Assembly: GCA_003514005.1 (NCBI GenBank)
Contig: DOSJ01000004.1
Location: 165,533 to 229,532, forward strand
Reading direction: 5' to 3'
DNA length: 64,000 nt
Source: Candidatus Falkowbacteria bacterium
Lineage (GTDB): Bacteria; Patescibacteriota; Patescibacteriia; Patescibacteriales; UBA12075
Shown here: positions 46,962-57,082 of the stretch, piece by piece
How positions within the stretch are numbered: the stretch's first letter is position 1
Layout: each line of letters opens with the position of its first letter
Made by a program: the position numbers and the translations under genes
The notes under the pieces: model-generated
What the model was told of the DNA's origin: nothing
Database searches by the model: none
Seen by the model: only the letters and a program-made list of their open reading frames with translations

Positions 46962-47687
46962 ATGCAAACAGAAGATGTAAAAAATAAATATAACGCGGAT
47001 ATTGTAAATAAGTTTAACAACAAGTACGAGCAAGAACGTTGGTTTAAGAATGATATTCAGAAGGCCGGGTATGATATGACTTTATCTGCAATAAAAACGC
47101 ATGCCTTGGTAAAACTATACCAAAGCTGTTTTGAGCTTGGTCCCGGGCATGGTACTTGGACAAAGGAATTGTTTGGGTATCAGCCGGGCGCGGATTATAC
47201 GCTTTTGGATATATCGAGCGCGATGCTTGGTTTGGTTAAGGATAGATTTAAGGGAAACAGTAATTTTAATTTTATTGAAAGTGATTTTTTGCAGTTTACA
47301 ACAGAAAAAAAATTTGATTTTTTCTTTTCGTCTCGTGTAATCGAGTATATTCCGGAAAAATCGCTTATGGTCAAAAAAATTGCGAGCCTTATCCAGTCTG
47401 GTGGCAGGGGATTTATAATTACAAAAACTCCAAAGTATTTGCGAAAAAAAATTATGGGTATTGCGGTGCCGGAATTCCACAGCGGGCAGATTGCGCCCGG
47501 TGAGCTCGCAAAATTATTAAAAGAAAATGATTGTCAGAATATCAAAATTTTTCCGGTAACACTAAGCTGGCCGTTTTGGCGCTCGGCGAAAATGAATTTG
47601 TTGTTGTATAAGTATTTTGGAAATAAAGGTTTGAATTTTGTCAGCGAATTTTTTAGCGAGTCTTATTGTGTTTGTTTTGAAAAATAA
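46962..47687 (+). CDS. class I SAM-dependent methyltransferase
   Basis: Motif I: FELGPGHGTW. Motif II/III spacing: LLDIS...FDFFFSSRVIEY. Confidence 0.75.
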   Translation: MQTEDVKNKYNADIVNKFNNKYEQERWFKNDIQKAGYDMTLSAIKTHALVKLYQSCFELGPGHGTWTKELFGYQPGADYTLLDISSAMLGLVKDRFKGNSNFNFIESDFLQFTTEKKFDFFFSSRVIEYIPEKSLMVKKIASLIQSGGRGFIITKTPKYLRKKIMGIAVPEFHSGQIAPGELAKLLKENDCQNIKIFPVTLSWPFWRSAKMNLLLYKYFGNKGLNFVSEFFSESYCVCFEK

Positions 47688-47693
47688 TGCTTG

Positions 47694-47785
47694 GCAGGGA
47701 TTTATAAGATTTATAAGATTTTTTAGAAAGGTATTATATCTTATTCCTATTATAAAAAAATCATATAAATCTTATAAATTCCTGC
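47694..47785. repeat. intergenic word hairpin (TTATAAGAT words)
   Basis: GCAGGGATTTATAAGATTTATAAGATT faces AATCATATAAATCTTATAAATTCCTGC. Confidence 0.75.
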
Positions 47786-47794
47786 AAATTTTTT

Positions 47795-48394
47795 ATGTTT
47801 ATTGAAATATATGGCTTGCCCGGTTCAGGAAAAACTACTTTAGCAAAACGGCTGGTTGCGGAAAAGAATTATATGATAATCAAAATTCGCACAAAATACG
47901 AACTGTTTTGGTATAATTTTTTGTTTTTGATAAAGCATCCGTACCGATTTTTTCTTTTGTTTTTTTATATTATAAAATATTCGGATAATTGGAAGATTTT
48001 TTATTATAAACTGATGAATGCTTTTTTACACTATAACGCAAAATATCAGAAGGCTTTGAAATATGAAAATGCGATTGTTGATCAAGGCTATTTTTTGAAT
48101 GCTTTCGCGTTGTTTGACAATCCGGTTTCCGAGATTGAAATAAAAAAATATTTTGAGCTGGTTTTAAGGCCTGACTTGTTAGTTATTTTAGACATTCCTT
48201 TTGATTTAAGTTTGGAGCGAACCAAAGCACGCGGCTATTTTGCGCGGGAGGATTTTGGGGAAGAGTATAAGAAAAAATGGCAAAAGGCGGTTAATGAAAA
48301 TAATAGTTTGTTTTTAGAAATCATAAAACAAATAAGAGTTGATTATAAAATAATAAACGAAAAAAATTATTCCAATTTTGATGATTTGACATAA
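47795..48394 (+). CDS. P-loop kinase-like protein (dNK/thymidylate-kinase fold)
   Basis: IYGLPGSGKTTLAKRL Walker A, and a later DQG...LDIP...ERTKARG lid-like region. Confidence 0.6.
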   Translation: MFIEIYGLPGSGKTTLAKRLVAEKNYMIIKIRTKYELFWYNFLFLIKHPYRFFLLFFYIIKYSDNWKIFYYKLMNAFLHYNAKYQKALKYENAIVDQGYFLNAFALFDNPVSEIEIKKYFELVLRPDLLVILDIPFDLSLERTKARGYFAREDFGEEYKKKWQKAVNENNSLFLEIIKQIRVDYKIINEKNYSNFDDLT

Positions 48395-48440
48395 AATAAC
48401 ATATACGTTATATTTTAGTTATAAATAATTATTGAAAAAT

Positions 48441-48731
48441 ATGACTAATTTTCAAGATTTTAAAAATAAGGTTTTAAAAAATAAAGAAATAAAACGTTTT
48501 TATGATGAACTCGGACCGGAGTTTGAATTAATTCACCAGCTGATAGAAAAACGCATCAAAGCCGGATTGACGCAGACGGAACTAGCGCAGAAAATAGGCA
48601 CAAAACAATCTGCAATATCAAGGTTGGAACGGGGCGATTATAATCCCAGTGTAGCTTTTTTAAGAAAAGTAGCGGAAGCGCTTGGTTCTGAATTACGTAT
48701 TTCATTGCCAGGGTCTCGTTCAAGAAATTGA
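48441..48731 (+). CDS. XRE-family helix-turn-helix protein (HigA/antitoxin-like size)
   Basis: GLTQTELAQKIGTKQSAISRLERGDYNPS. Start moved to ATG 48441. Confidence 0.8.
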   Translation: MTNFQDFKNKVLKNKEIKRFYDELGPEFELIHQLIEKRIKAGLTQTELAQKIGTKQSAISRLERGDYNPSVAFLRKVAEALGSELRISLPGSRSRN

Positions 48732-48733
48732 CT

Positions 48734-49903
48734 ATGAAAATAATTTATATAGTTAACGCCCGCATTCCTACGGAAAAAGCGCATGGGTATCAGATTACCA
48801 AGATGTGCGAAGAGTTTGCTTTGGCCGGAGCCGAAGTCGAGCTTTGGGTGCCGACGCGGAAAAATAATATTCTTGGCAATGCTTTTTCGTTTTATGGCAT
48901 AAAAGAAAATTTTCGGATCAGATATGTAAAATGTTTTGATTTTATCCGTTTTGACCGCCTGCTTTTGCGAAAATCAGTGTACTTGCAAAGCTTGTGGTTT
49001 TTTATCAAACTAGCCTTTGAAAAAGCGGATAAAGATGTTATTATTTATACAAGGAATCCAGAGTTGGTCTGGCTTTTTAATTTGCGTGGGTTTATGACCG
49101 CTTATGAATGCCATGACTGGTTTGGCAAGAAAAAAGGAATTGCCCTATGGCTTTTGCGCAGATGTGACCGGATAATAGTTACAAATAATTTCATCAAGCA
49201 GGAATTTATCAAAAACGGTTTTGCGCAAACTATTTTGGTCGCACCCAATGGCGTGAATTTGGAAATTTTTAATATTGATATTGAAAAAGAGAAAGCCTTG
49301 CAAAAGCTAAGCCTGGAGCAAGAACTGGGAGAAAAGATTCGCGATCAGAAAATATTACTGTACACCGGTTCGTTCCGGACAATGGGGACTGACAAGGGGA
49401 TTGCGGAAATTTTAGAGTCTTTGAAAATTTTGAATCGTCCTGAAGTTTTTTTTCTGGCTGTCGGGGGCAATGAAAAAGATATTGCCTATTACGAGAGTTT
49501 GGCAAAAGAAATCGGCGTGTCTGACAAATGTAAATTTATCGGCCGGCGTACGCAAACCGAGTTGGCGCTTTGGCAAAAAATATCCGATATATTATTGATG
49601 CCGTTTCCAGATAAGGCGCATTATCGTTATTTTATGACACCGCTTAAGATTTTTGAATATATGGCCAGCGGTCGGCCGATTATTGCTTCGGATTTGCCGA
49701 GTATACGCGAGATATTAAATAATGAAAATGCGTTTTTTTGTAAGGCAGGAGATACAAATGATTTGAGCAGGAATATTGATTTTGTTTTAAATAATCCGGT
49801 TGAGACGGATAAAAAAGCGGTAAAGGCAAAGAAAGATGTGTTTCGATATACTTGGGAAAAAAGAGTAAAAGAAATTAATTGTTTGTTGTCAAAATTATCA
49901 TAA
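48734..49903 (+). CDS. GT4-family glycosyltransferase
   Basis: MKIIYIVNARIPTEKAHGYQI... at the N-terminus and ...LKIFEYMASGRPIIASD at the C-terminus. Confidence 0.8.
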   Translation: MKIIYIVNARIPTEKAHGYQITKMCEEFALAGAEVELWVPTRKNNILGNAFSFYGIKENFRIRYVKCFDFIRFDRLLLRKSVYLQSLWFFIKLAFEKADKDVIIYTRNPELVWLFNLRGFMTAYECHDWFGKKKGIALWLLRRCDRIIVTNNFIKQEFIKNGFAQTILVAPNGVNLEIFNIDIEKEKALQKLSLEQELGEKIRDQKILLYTGSFRTMGTDKGIAEILESLKILNRPEVFFLAVGGNEKDIAYYESLAKEIGVSDKCKFIGRRTQTELALWQKISDILLMPFPDKAHYRYFMTPLKIFEYMASGRPIIASDLPSIREILNNENAFFCKAGDTNDLSRNIDFVLNNPVETDKKAVKAKKDVFRYTWEKRVKEINCLLSKLS

Positions 49904-49908
49904 AAAAA

Positions 49909-49950
49909 TTAAAATAAAAGTCCTCATATTATTTTAATAATACAAGGACT
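49909..49950 (-). terminator. hairpin plus T-run terminator for the minus-strand gene 49962-50858
   Basis: AGTCCT/AGGACT stem at 49919-49950. The minus strand reads TTTATTTT after the stem. Confidence 0.45.
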
Positions 49951-49961
49951 AAAAAATGTCT

Positions 49962-50858
49962 TTAGTTTAATTCGTTTTGCCAGATGTTTTTTATCCAGAA
50001 ATTTAATATTTCTTTTTGACTATTTATGAAATCCGTAATGTCGTTAACGTCAACATTGTTGTCATTGTTAAAATCCGCAGAAAAATATGGCATTACCGAT
50101 ACGATGTTATTTGTTGGTACATTATTTACATCACAAACATAAGTGATCTCTAAATATGGGTCCTGTGATGTCCCAGCAGTTTCAGATGTTGACCAATATA
50201 AGATATTTGCGTAGCTTGAAGAATTTGCAGTAATAGGATGATCTAATGCGTCGTGTCCTTCTCTCAAGCCAAGTTTTGTAATACCCTCAGCATTTATCCA
50301 ACTGATTCCAGTGTCATTAAGTATAAATGCTTGGTATCTGTCCGTCCCCATATTGCTTATATCAACTCTTAAGCCACCTTCAGTCGGATTATTTACGGAA
50401 CCACATTGATCAAAATCGTCATTTGACAAAGAAGTTGTATTCGCCTGTGTTGTTTGCACAATAGTTATCCAATCTTCCCCATCGTTGTCTAGGTCATAGA
50501 TATACCATGTATAAATTTGAAGTTTTGCAGAAATTATCATAGCCCCAGTTGGAATATCAGAGGTGTCTATTGGAAGAAAAGACCTTCCAATTCCCCATTT
50601 TGTTGATACATTATACCATTGTGACCATACATGAGATTCGTCGCTTGTGTAATCTGTCGATGTACTTTGAGTGTTGTCATGGGAGTAGTCCCAGTTAGTC
50701 GGACTATTTGTGTTATAATCTTCTCGCATGCAGTATCCATCACCTGAACCTGCGTAAAATTTTTGTACTACCACTACATTCTCTGCGTTTGCAAAGTTTG
50801 CCCGAAGGATGATTGTCAAAAAACAAACTAAAACGGTAAATAAGTACATTTTTTTCAT
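49962..50858 (-). CDS. secreted hypothetical protein with a dockerin/EF-hand-like C-terminal DxNxDxxVD motif
   Basis: Signal peptide MKKMYLFTVLVCFLTIILRANFANA, and a C-terminal FSADFNNDNNVDVNDITDFIN. Confidence 0.5.
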   Translation of the reverse strand: MKKMYLFTVLVCFLTIILRANFANAENVVVVQKFYAGSGDGYCMREDYNTNSPTNWDYSHDNTQSTSTDYTSDESHVWSQWYNVSTKWGIGRSFLPIDTSDIPTGAMIISAKLQIYTWYIYDLDNDGEDWITIVQTTQANTTSLSNDDFDQCGSVNNPTEGGLRVDISNMGTDRYQAFILNDTGISWINAEGITKLGLREGHDALDHPITANSSSYANILYWSTSETAGTSQDPYLEITYVCDVNNVPTNNIVSVMPYFSADFNNDNNVDVNDITDFINSQKEILNFWIKNIWQNELN

Positions 50859-51039
50859 TTTTAAGGCTCCTTTTTATTTTGTTGAAAGAACACACCATAA
50901 ACATGTAATCAAATATTAATTTAGAACTAATATTTTGTCAATATATAGCATATACTAAAATTTAACTATTTATATTGTGAATAAATGATATTTTAAGTTA
51001 TTATATTTATAATAGAATATAAATATTTATGAGAAATTA

Positions 51040-53148
51040 ATGAAAATAAATAAATTATCTATAATCATTCCGGTTTTTAATGAAGAGAAGACGATTGAGG
51101 CTATTTTGGATCGGATTGAAAAATCAAAAATCAGAACTGATATTGAAAAAGAAATCATTATTATTGATGATGGTTCGACTGACGGAACGCGCGACATATT
51201 ACAGGGGTATGCGGATAAATATCGGATAGTATTTCAGGAAAAAAACCAAGGCAAGGGCGCTGCTGTTCGTACCGGCTTTGCGATTGCCAGCGGTGATTAT
51301 GCCATTGTGCAGGACGCGGATTTGGAATATAATCCTGACGATATTCAGGGTTTGATAGAAAAGGCAGAGCAGACGGATGCCAAGATTGTTTTTGGTTCGC
51401 GGGTTTTGGGACTAGATAAACGTGAAGAAACTCCGGGTATATTTTATTATCTGGGCGGGCATTTTTTGTCTTGGCTGACCAATTTTTTGTATGGCGCGCA
51501 TATTACCGATGAACCGACTTGCTACAAGATGTTTAGCCGCGAAGTTTTGGCAAACATAAAACTGGAATGCGACGGTTTTGAGTTTTGTCCGGAAGTAACG
51601 GCAAAGGCGCTGAAGGCCGGATATGAAATCGCGGAAGCGCCGATCAGCTACAAGACCAGGACCAAAAAAGAAGGAAAGAAGATAAAGCTGTTTCGCGACG
51701 GTTGGTTGGCAATCTGGACATTGCTTAAATATCGTTTTAATGACAAACGCGCGCTTTTCGGTTTTGTAAAATTGTATAAATGGTGGCTTGTTCTTATTGC
51801 CGCCTATTTGCTTGTCAGAGTCGTTTTGTTTGGCGGGCTTTGGGGCGCCAGCGCGAACGGCTGGGAAAACTTTTACAATCAGGCGCAATCCGGGCATGCC
51901 GTACTTTTAGCCAATTGGCATGAGCCTTGCGATTGGCATCCGCCTTTGTATTATTTTTTTACAACTGTTTTTCTTTTGATGTTCAAGTCCGCCTGGCCGG
52001 TATATCTGGCACAGATGATTTTGGCCTTGGCCGGAGTTTATTTGATATATAAAATCGGGAAATTATTTTTTTCGCCGCGCGTGGCGTTTATCGCCACTTT
52101 TATTGCCGCAATCGAACCGTATTCAGCTTGGCACAATTTTCTTTTGACAGCTGAATCTTTGTCCGCGTTTTTTCTACTTTTGGGAATCTATTACTTCTTT
52201 CGCTTTTTTCAAAACAGTAAAACCGTGTTTTTGCTTGGCGCGGCCATAATCTTTGGGTTTGCGACTTTGACGCGCTTGAATACATTATATCTGCCTCAGG
52301 CGCTGAGCTTGGGAATTTTGTCGATTTATTTTATCCGTCGTCCGTTTGGATTACCGTATTTTTCCGGTTTGAAGTTTAAAAATATTTTGCTGGTTGTTTT
52401 GCTTTTTAATGCCGTATATTTTGCGGTTCTTTTTCCTTGGCAAATGCGCAACAAAATCGTTTACGGCAAATACACGATTGCTAATGTGCTTATGACAAAT
52501 GTTTTCCATTATAATTATCCGACCGCCATGTTTATCAAAGACAATATTTCCTACGATGAGGCTAATAATTTGATTCGGCAGAAAGCGGAAAATGATTTAG
52601 GAAAAAATGTTGGCGATCAAGGGGATTGCAGTTTGTTTAGCAAAGACGAGTTGGTGAAACAATTTGATTATTATAAAAAAGAATCCGGAAAATACATGAA
52701 AGAGAATTTTTGGCAGTATACACGCGTGCACTTGATCCGTACTGCCCCGTTTTTTCTTGATTCAGGATATTTGAATCTGATCCAGGAGTTTACCGGCGTT
52801 TATGCCAAACCGGATATTACCGGAAGTCTTATGACCGGAAATTTCAAAGCGGTTTTTGATTATCTGAAAAATTTTAATTTTTCGCTTTTGGCTTATCTGT
52901 TCGGTTTGGCGTTTTGGGGAATATGTTCGCTTTCGGTTTTTGGCGGAATCATTTATACTTATTTCAAAGACCGGAACAAGTTGTTATTTTTCCTTTTATC
53001 TGCCGGCGTAATCATCTACTCTGCCTTGCTTTGCTCGCCCTTTGTTTTAGCCCGTTATCGTTTACCGGTTTATGTTTTCTTTTTGGTGCCGTTTGTGTAT
53101 ATGATTGGAGAGGTTTTGATAAAAATAAAAAAAAGATTTTTTAATTAA
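51040..53148 (+). CDS. GT2 (polyprenyl-phosphate glycosyltransferase-like) fused to an ArnT/PMT-like polytopic glycosyltransferase domain
   Basis: LSIIIPVFNEE...IIIDDGSTDGT...VQDADLEY, followed by ~12 TM helices. Confidence 0.8.
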   Translation: MKINKLSIIIPVFNEEKTIEAILDRIEKSKIRTDIEKEIIIIDDGSTDGTRDILQGYADKYRIVFQEKNQGKGAAVRTGFAIASGDYAIVQDADLEYNPDDIQGLIEKAEQTDAKIVFGSRVLGLDKREETPGIFYYLGGHFLSWLTNFLYGAHITDEPTCYKMFSREVLANIKLECDGFEFCPEVTAKALKAGYEIAEAPISYKTRTKKEGKKIKLFRDGWLAIWTLLKYRFNDKRALFGFVKLYKWWLVLIAAYLLVRVVLFGGLWGASANGWENFYNQAQSGHAVLLANWHEPCDWHPPLYYFFTTVFLLMFKSAWPVYLAQMILALAGVYLIYKIGKLFFSPRVAFIATFIAAIEPYSAWHNFLLTAESLSAFFLLLGIYYFFRFFQNSKTVFLLGAAIIFGFATLTRLNTLYLPQALSLGILSIYFIRRPFGLPYFSGLKFKNILLVVLLFNAVYFAVLFPWQMRNKIVYGKYTIANVLMTNVFHYNYPTAMFIKDNISYDEANNLIRQKAENDLGKNVGDQGDCSLFSKDELVKQFDYYKKESGKYMKENFWQYTRVHLIRTAPFFLDSGYLNLIQEFTGVYAKPDITGSLMTGNFKAVFDYLKNFNFSLLAYLFGLAFWGICSLSVFGGIIYTYFKDRNKLLFFLLSAGVIIYSALLCSPFVLARYRLPVYVFFLVPFVYMIGEVLIKIKKRFFN

Positions 53149-53180
53149 TTTTGTGTGTGAAAATAAAAATTATCTCTTTT

Positions 53181-53340
53181 TTGTCATCTCGAACCGCAGT
53201 GAGAGATCTATAATACAAGAATAATAAAAAATCAAGCTATATAAAGAGTCGAGAATTAAAATCTATTTATAGAAATACACATGGTAAATTATTCACATAT
53301 TATAGATCTCTCCGCTCGCTTCGCTCGGTCGAGATGACAA
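53181..53340. repeat. MITE-like element, family 1 subtype C (TTGTCATCTCG...CGAGATGACAA)
   Basis: Arms TTGTCATCTCGAACCGCAGTGAGAGATCTATAAT and ATTATAGATCTCTCCGCTCGCTTCGCTCGGTCGAGATGACAA. Same termini as subtypes A and B. Confidence 0.65.
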
Positions 53341-53378
53341 AAAAGTATGTTTAATGAGAATTAAGAAACGATAAAAAA

Positions 53379-54824
53379 ATGAATTTGCCTCTACAAAAAA
53401 ATAAAACTGACATCCTTTTCGTTAATCCTCCTGTTTCCCAGGAGGAGCGTTATGGCGTGAAATTCAAAGCAGGCGGGCAGACACTGCAGACCGGTTTGGC
53501 TGTTTTGGCTGCGATTACGCGCGACAATGGTTATGCGACGCGGATATTGGACGCGACCGCGCTTTCGATGAGTTATGATGAAACAGTTGAGAAAATCATT
53601 GAGATAGATCCGCGTTATATTGGGATTACAGCAGTAACGATTTCAATTTTTAATGCGGTTGAAATTATTAAACGTTTGAAAGCAAACGGTGTCGAGGCGA
53701 AAATATTTTTGGGCGGTCCGCACATTACAGCCGCGCCCAAAGAAACTTTTGAAAAATTTCCGGAAATAGAGATTGGCGCGATCGGCGAGGGAGATATTAC
53801 TATTTTGGAATTGATTGAGGCTTGTGATAAAAATCTGGATCTTGGCAATGTCAAAGGTCTGGTATTCCGCAAAGGTAGCGAGATAATTATAACACCACCG
53901 CGTGAGCCATTTATGGATTTGGATTCATTGCCTCTGCCGGCCTGGGACTTGTTTCCGGATATTGCAAAGTATTATTATCCGCCTGCGCATACTGTCCGCC
54001 GTTTGCCAGCGACCGTCTTGATTACTTCGCGCGGTTGTCCTGGGCTTTGCACGTATTGCGACAACAAAGTATTCGGCCGCAGACTGCGTTGTTATAGTGC
54101 GGATTATGTAATCCGCATGATTAAACATTTGCAAAAAGAATATGGCATGCGCGAAATCCAGTTTCGGGATGATAATTTTTTGGTTTTTCGTGAACGCTTA
54201 AAAGAGCTGTGCAATCGAATGATTGCCGAGAAAATGGATATTGTTTGGAGCTGTGCCGGACGGGTGGATATGATCAACAAAGAGACATTGGACCTGATGA
54301 AAAAAGCCGGCTGTTGGCAGATCTGGTACGGGATCGAATCGGGTAGTCAAAAAGTTTTGAACGCGATCAAGAAAAATACGAGTCCGGAAAAGATTCGGCG
54401 TGCAATTACTTTAACAAAGGCGGCCGGAATATCGCCGTGCGGATTTTTTATGATCGGCATGCCGACCGAGACCGAGGAGGATATAAAGGAAACGATTGAT
54501 TTGCTTTTGGAATTGCCTTTGGATGAATTTCACATGACGCATCTAACACCTTTGCCCGGTTCGGAAATACATGCAACGGCTTTTCAGTTTGGCGAGTTTG
54601 AAGACAATTGGAAAAAGATGAGTAATTGGTCAACGATTTTTGTGCCGCATGGTTTGAGTAAGGAAAAGCTGACATATTATTCTAATCTTGCTTTCAAGAA
54701 ATTTTATTTTCGGCCAAGAATTATTTGGCAGTATTTATTGAAAATAAGAACACCGCGACATGCGTTGGTATATTTTAAAGCATTTTTGGCTTTGGTTTCT
54801 TATGTGACACAGAAGAAGCGATGA
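53379..54824 (+). CDS. B12-binding domain radical SAM enzyme
   Basis: An N-terminal Rossmann-like cobalamin-binding region, followed by SRGCPGLCTYCDN (CxxxCxxC). Confidence 0.85.
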   Translation: MNLPLQKNKTDILFVNPPVSQEERYGVKFKAGGQTLQTGLAVLAAITRDNGYATRILDATALSMSYDETVEKIIEIDPRYIGITAVTISIFNAVEIIKRLKANGVEAKIFLGGPHITAAPKETFEKFPEIEIGAIGEGDITILELIEACDKNLDLGNVKGLVFRKGSEIIITPPREPFMDLDSLPLPAWDLFPDIAKYYYPPAHTVRRLPATVLITSRGCPGLCTYCDNKVFGRRLRCYSADYVIRMIKHLQKEYGMREIQFRDDNFLVFRERLKELCNRMIAEKMDIVWSCAGRVDMINKETLDLMKKAGCWQIWYGIESGSQKVLNAIKKNTSPEKIRRAITLTKAAGISPCGFFMIGMPTETEEDIKETIDLLLELPLDEFHMTHLTPLPGSEIHATAFQFGEFEDNWKKMSNWSTIFVPHGLSKEKLTYYSNLAFKKFYFRPRIIWQYLLKIRTPRHALVYFKAFLALVSYVTQKKR

Positions 54825-54906
54825 TTCGCGTGAGCTGTTGATCAAAAAATAAAACATTGTTATAGTTTAAATATAAAAATAGATATATTAACATGTTTTT
54901 ATAAGT

Positions 54907-55073
54907 TATTTACGTTCGCTTTTGGCAGATTTTTGTTTTTTACTCCATGCGGCAAATCTGTGCATTTTTTAAATAATTATGAATATTAATAAATATATTG
55001 AATAATTATTTAAAAAATTGCTACGATTTCCGAATTACGTGAAAAACAAAAATCAGCCAAAAGCTAGTTGAAT
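54907..55073. repeat. 167-bp hairpin element, copy A of a direct repeat pair
   Basis: About 90% identical by eye to 56871-57038. Internally palindromic (CGCTTTTGGCAGATTTTTGTTTTTTAC ... GTGAAAAACAAAAATCAGCCAAAAGC). Confidence 0.85.
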
Positions 55074-55108
55074 ATCGTTATAGAAATTTTTGAAAACTAT
55101 TTAAATAT

Positions 55109-55204
55109 AAATATTTATCCGAAATAAGGTTAAATTCCTTTGCTGTCCCGCAACTGTAAAGTCTGTTTGATGAAACAGAACAAGCCAGGTCGCGTTAAAT
55201 ATTT
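55109..55204 (+). promoter_or_regulatory. cobalamin riboswitch aptamer (compact form)
   Basis: GGTTAAATTCC (55128-38), GCTGTCCCGCAACTGTAAA (55142-60), hairpin CTGTTT-GATG-AAACAG (55163-78), B12-box-like AAGCCAGG (55182-89), and P1 candidates AAATATTTA (55109-17) / TAAATATTT (55196-204). Confidence 0.75.
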
Positions 55205-55286
55205 TGTAATAATAAATAACACAAAACTTTTCGTGGAATTGAGAGTTTGTGAAACAGGCGGTCTTTTGATTGCTATGTTTTTCCTC

Positions 55287-55311
55287 TCTCCATGCGAATG
55301 GAGATTTTTTT
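55287..55311 (+). terminator. riboswitch expression platform: terminator hairpin that also sequesters the RBS
   Basis: TCTCCAT-GCGA-ATGGAGA followed by TTTTTTT. The GGAGA in the 3-prime strand lies 8 nt before ATG 55312. Upstream GAGAG (55242-46) could compete for CTCTC. Confidence 0.7.
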
Positions 55312-56862
55312 ATGACAAAAAACAAAATCAAGAATGGAATAAAATTATTTTTGCTCTTTGCGCTTGTCTGTCCTTTGTTTGCGACAGCCGGAATCAGTGA
55401 AGCAAGAACTTACCTGGAAACTTTAACGCCTGACCCTTGGATTACGCAGGCGCTGATCGCGTCCGGCAAGACTAACGTTGCGCTAGATCATTTAAAAAGC
55501 GTATTCGGCACATTGGCGACCGATTATGCCAAAACTATTTTAGCGATAGCGGCGGCAGGGGAAAGCCCCGCAACCTTTGGAAATATTGATTATGTCGCGA
55601 AACTAAAAACATATTTGAATAACGACCAGATAGGTGACGCAGGTCTTTTGAATGATGATATGTGGGCGATTCTTGCCCTGGGTTCTGTTGGTAAAGGTAC
55701 TGCGAATGAAGCGCAAAAAGCCAAGGCATATATTATCGCGAACCAGAATACCGATGGCGGCTGGGGCTATGCCAAGGGTGGAGAGAGTGATACTAATGAT
55801 ACGGCTGCCGGGATAATCGCACTACGCGAAGCGGGTGTATCTGCGAACGATGTCGCAATTACAAAAGCTTTGGCTTACCTCAAGTCTGTCCAAAACAATG
55901 ACGGCGGTTTTGGCTGGTCCGGCGGATCCGATTCGGACTCCGGTTCCGATGCTTGGGTGATTATCGCTTTGCATAAGCTGGGAATCAGTCCGGCAACTTG
56001 GGCCAAAGACGCTAAAACCCCGCTGTCGCATCTGCAAACGCTGCAAGATACGGATGGCGGATTTTGGTGGGTAAATCAAGGTACTTCTGAATTTAATAAC
56101 AAAGCCATGACGCCCTATGCCGTGATCGCCTTGGCTGGCAAAAGTTTTCCGATCGCTCGTTTCGGCGGAATTGAAAGCGGGTATCATATCCGGATTGAAG
56201 GAGGCAACAGTACAATCTGCAATACGCGCGTTGAAGGCATAAAAGCGTTGGATTTGATAAAAAATGCGGCAACAAAATGTAATTTTACTTACAGCATAAA
56301 AGACACGACCTTTGGCCCGTATTTGGAACAAATCAATAATGAAATAGCTGCCGGAGCGGACGGTTGGATCTATTTGATTAATAATGAATCACCCGCAGTT
56401 GGCATGGCCGACTATATCTTGAAAACCAATGATGACGTTCTGGTATATTTTGGGCAATGGGGGATTTTGCCGGAAAGAATCAAAAACGGTAGTGTTTCAA
56501 ATTCCGTAGGATTAAAAGTTGAAATTGACTCGGCCGGACCGGATGTTGCCGGTGCGTCATTGATATTTACTGTCAGCCCGGATAATCTGGATTTTGGAAA
56601 GATCAAAGCCGGAACTTCAAAAAAACAAACATTAATATTAAAAAACGAAGGTACGGTTGACCTTAGGCTAAGCGCCAGTGTTGATGGTGATATTGTGTTC
56701 AAAGATTATTTGAAATTGGCAAGCAGTACTTGGGGGACATATTCGCAAGAACTTGCGCACGATAATAATAGTAATTTAGAAGCGGAACTTGATATTCCTT
56801 CAACATTTAAAAATTCGGGCGTAAAGAATGGGAGTCTGATTATTTGGGCAAGTCCGAAGTAA
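55312..56862 (+). CDS. secreted transcobalamin-like protein: alpha/alpha-toroid (prenyltransferase-type repeats) + DUF4430-like beta domain + Ig-like domain
   Basis: Signal peptide KLFLLFALVCPLFATAG. Repeats NQNTDGGWGY, VQNNDGGFGW, LQDTDGGFWW. Then ...GADGWIYLINNESPAVGMADYILKTNDDVLVYF. Then LDFGKIKAGTSKKQTLILKNEG. Start set at ATG 55312 after the riboswitch terminator. Confidence 0.75.
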   Translation: MTKNKIKNGIKLFLLFALVCPLFATAGISEARTYLETLTPDPWITQALIASGKTNVALDHLKSVFGTLATDYAKTILAIAAAGESPATFGNIDYVAKLKTYLNNDQIGDAGLLNDDMWAILALGSVGKGTANEAQKAKAYIIANQNTDGGWGYAKGGESDTNDTAAGIIALREAGVSANDVAITKALAYLKSVQNNDGGFGWSGGSDSDSGSDAWVIIALHKLGISPATWAKDAKTPLSHLQTLQDTDGGFWWVNQGTSEFNNKAMTPYAVIALAGKSFPIARFGGIESGYHIRIEGGNSTICNTRVEGIKALDLIKNAATKCNFTYSIKDTTFGPYLEQINNEIAAGADGWIYLINNESPAVGMADYILKTNDDVLVYFGQWGILPERIKNGSVSNSVGLKVEIDSAGPDVAGASLIFTVSPDNLDFGKIKAGTSKKQTLILKNEGTVDLRLSASVDGDIVFKDYLKLASSTWGTYSQELAHDNNSNLEAELDIPSTFKNSGVKNGSLIIWASPK

Positions 56863-56870
56863 TTTTTTTG

Positions 56871-57038
56871 TATTTCACATTCGCTCTTGGCTGATTTTTG
56901 TTTTTTACTCCATGCGGCAAATCTGTGCGTTTTTTAAATAATTATGAATATTAATAAAAATATTGAATAATTATTTAAAAAATCGCTACGATTTCCGAAT
57001 TACGTAAAAAATAAAAATCAGCCAAGAGCCAGTTAGGC
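56871..57038. repeat. 168-bp hairpin element, copy B of the direct repeat pair
   Basis: See 54907-55073. It shares the left terminus TATTTCACATTCG with the family-2 copy at 59984. Confidence 0.85.
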
Positions 57039-57082
57039 ATAACCAGTGAGTAAATTGAAAAATCAAAAAATATAAACGCAGT

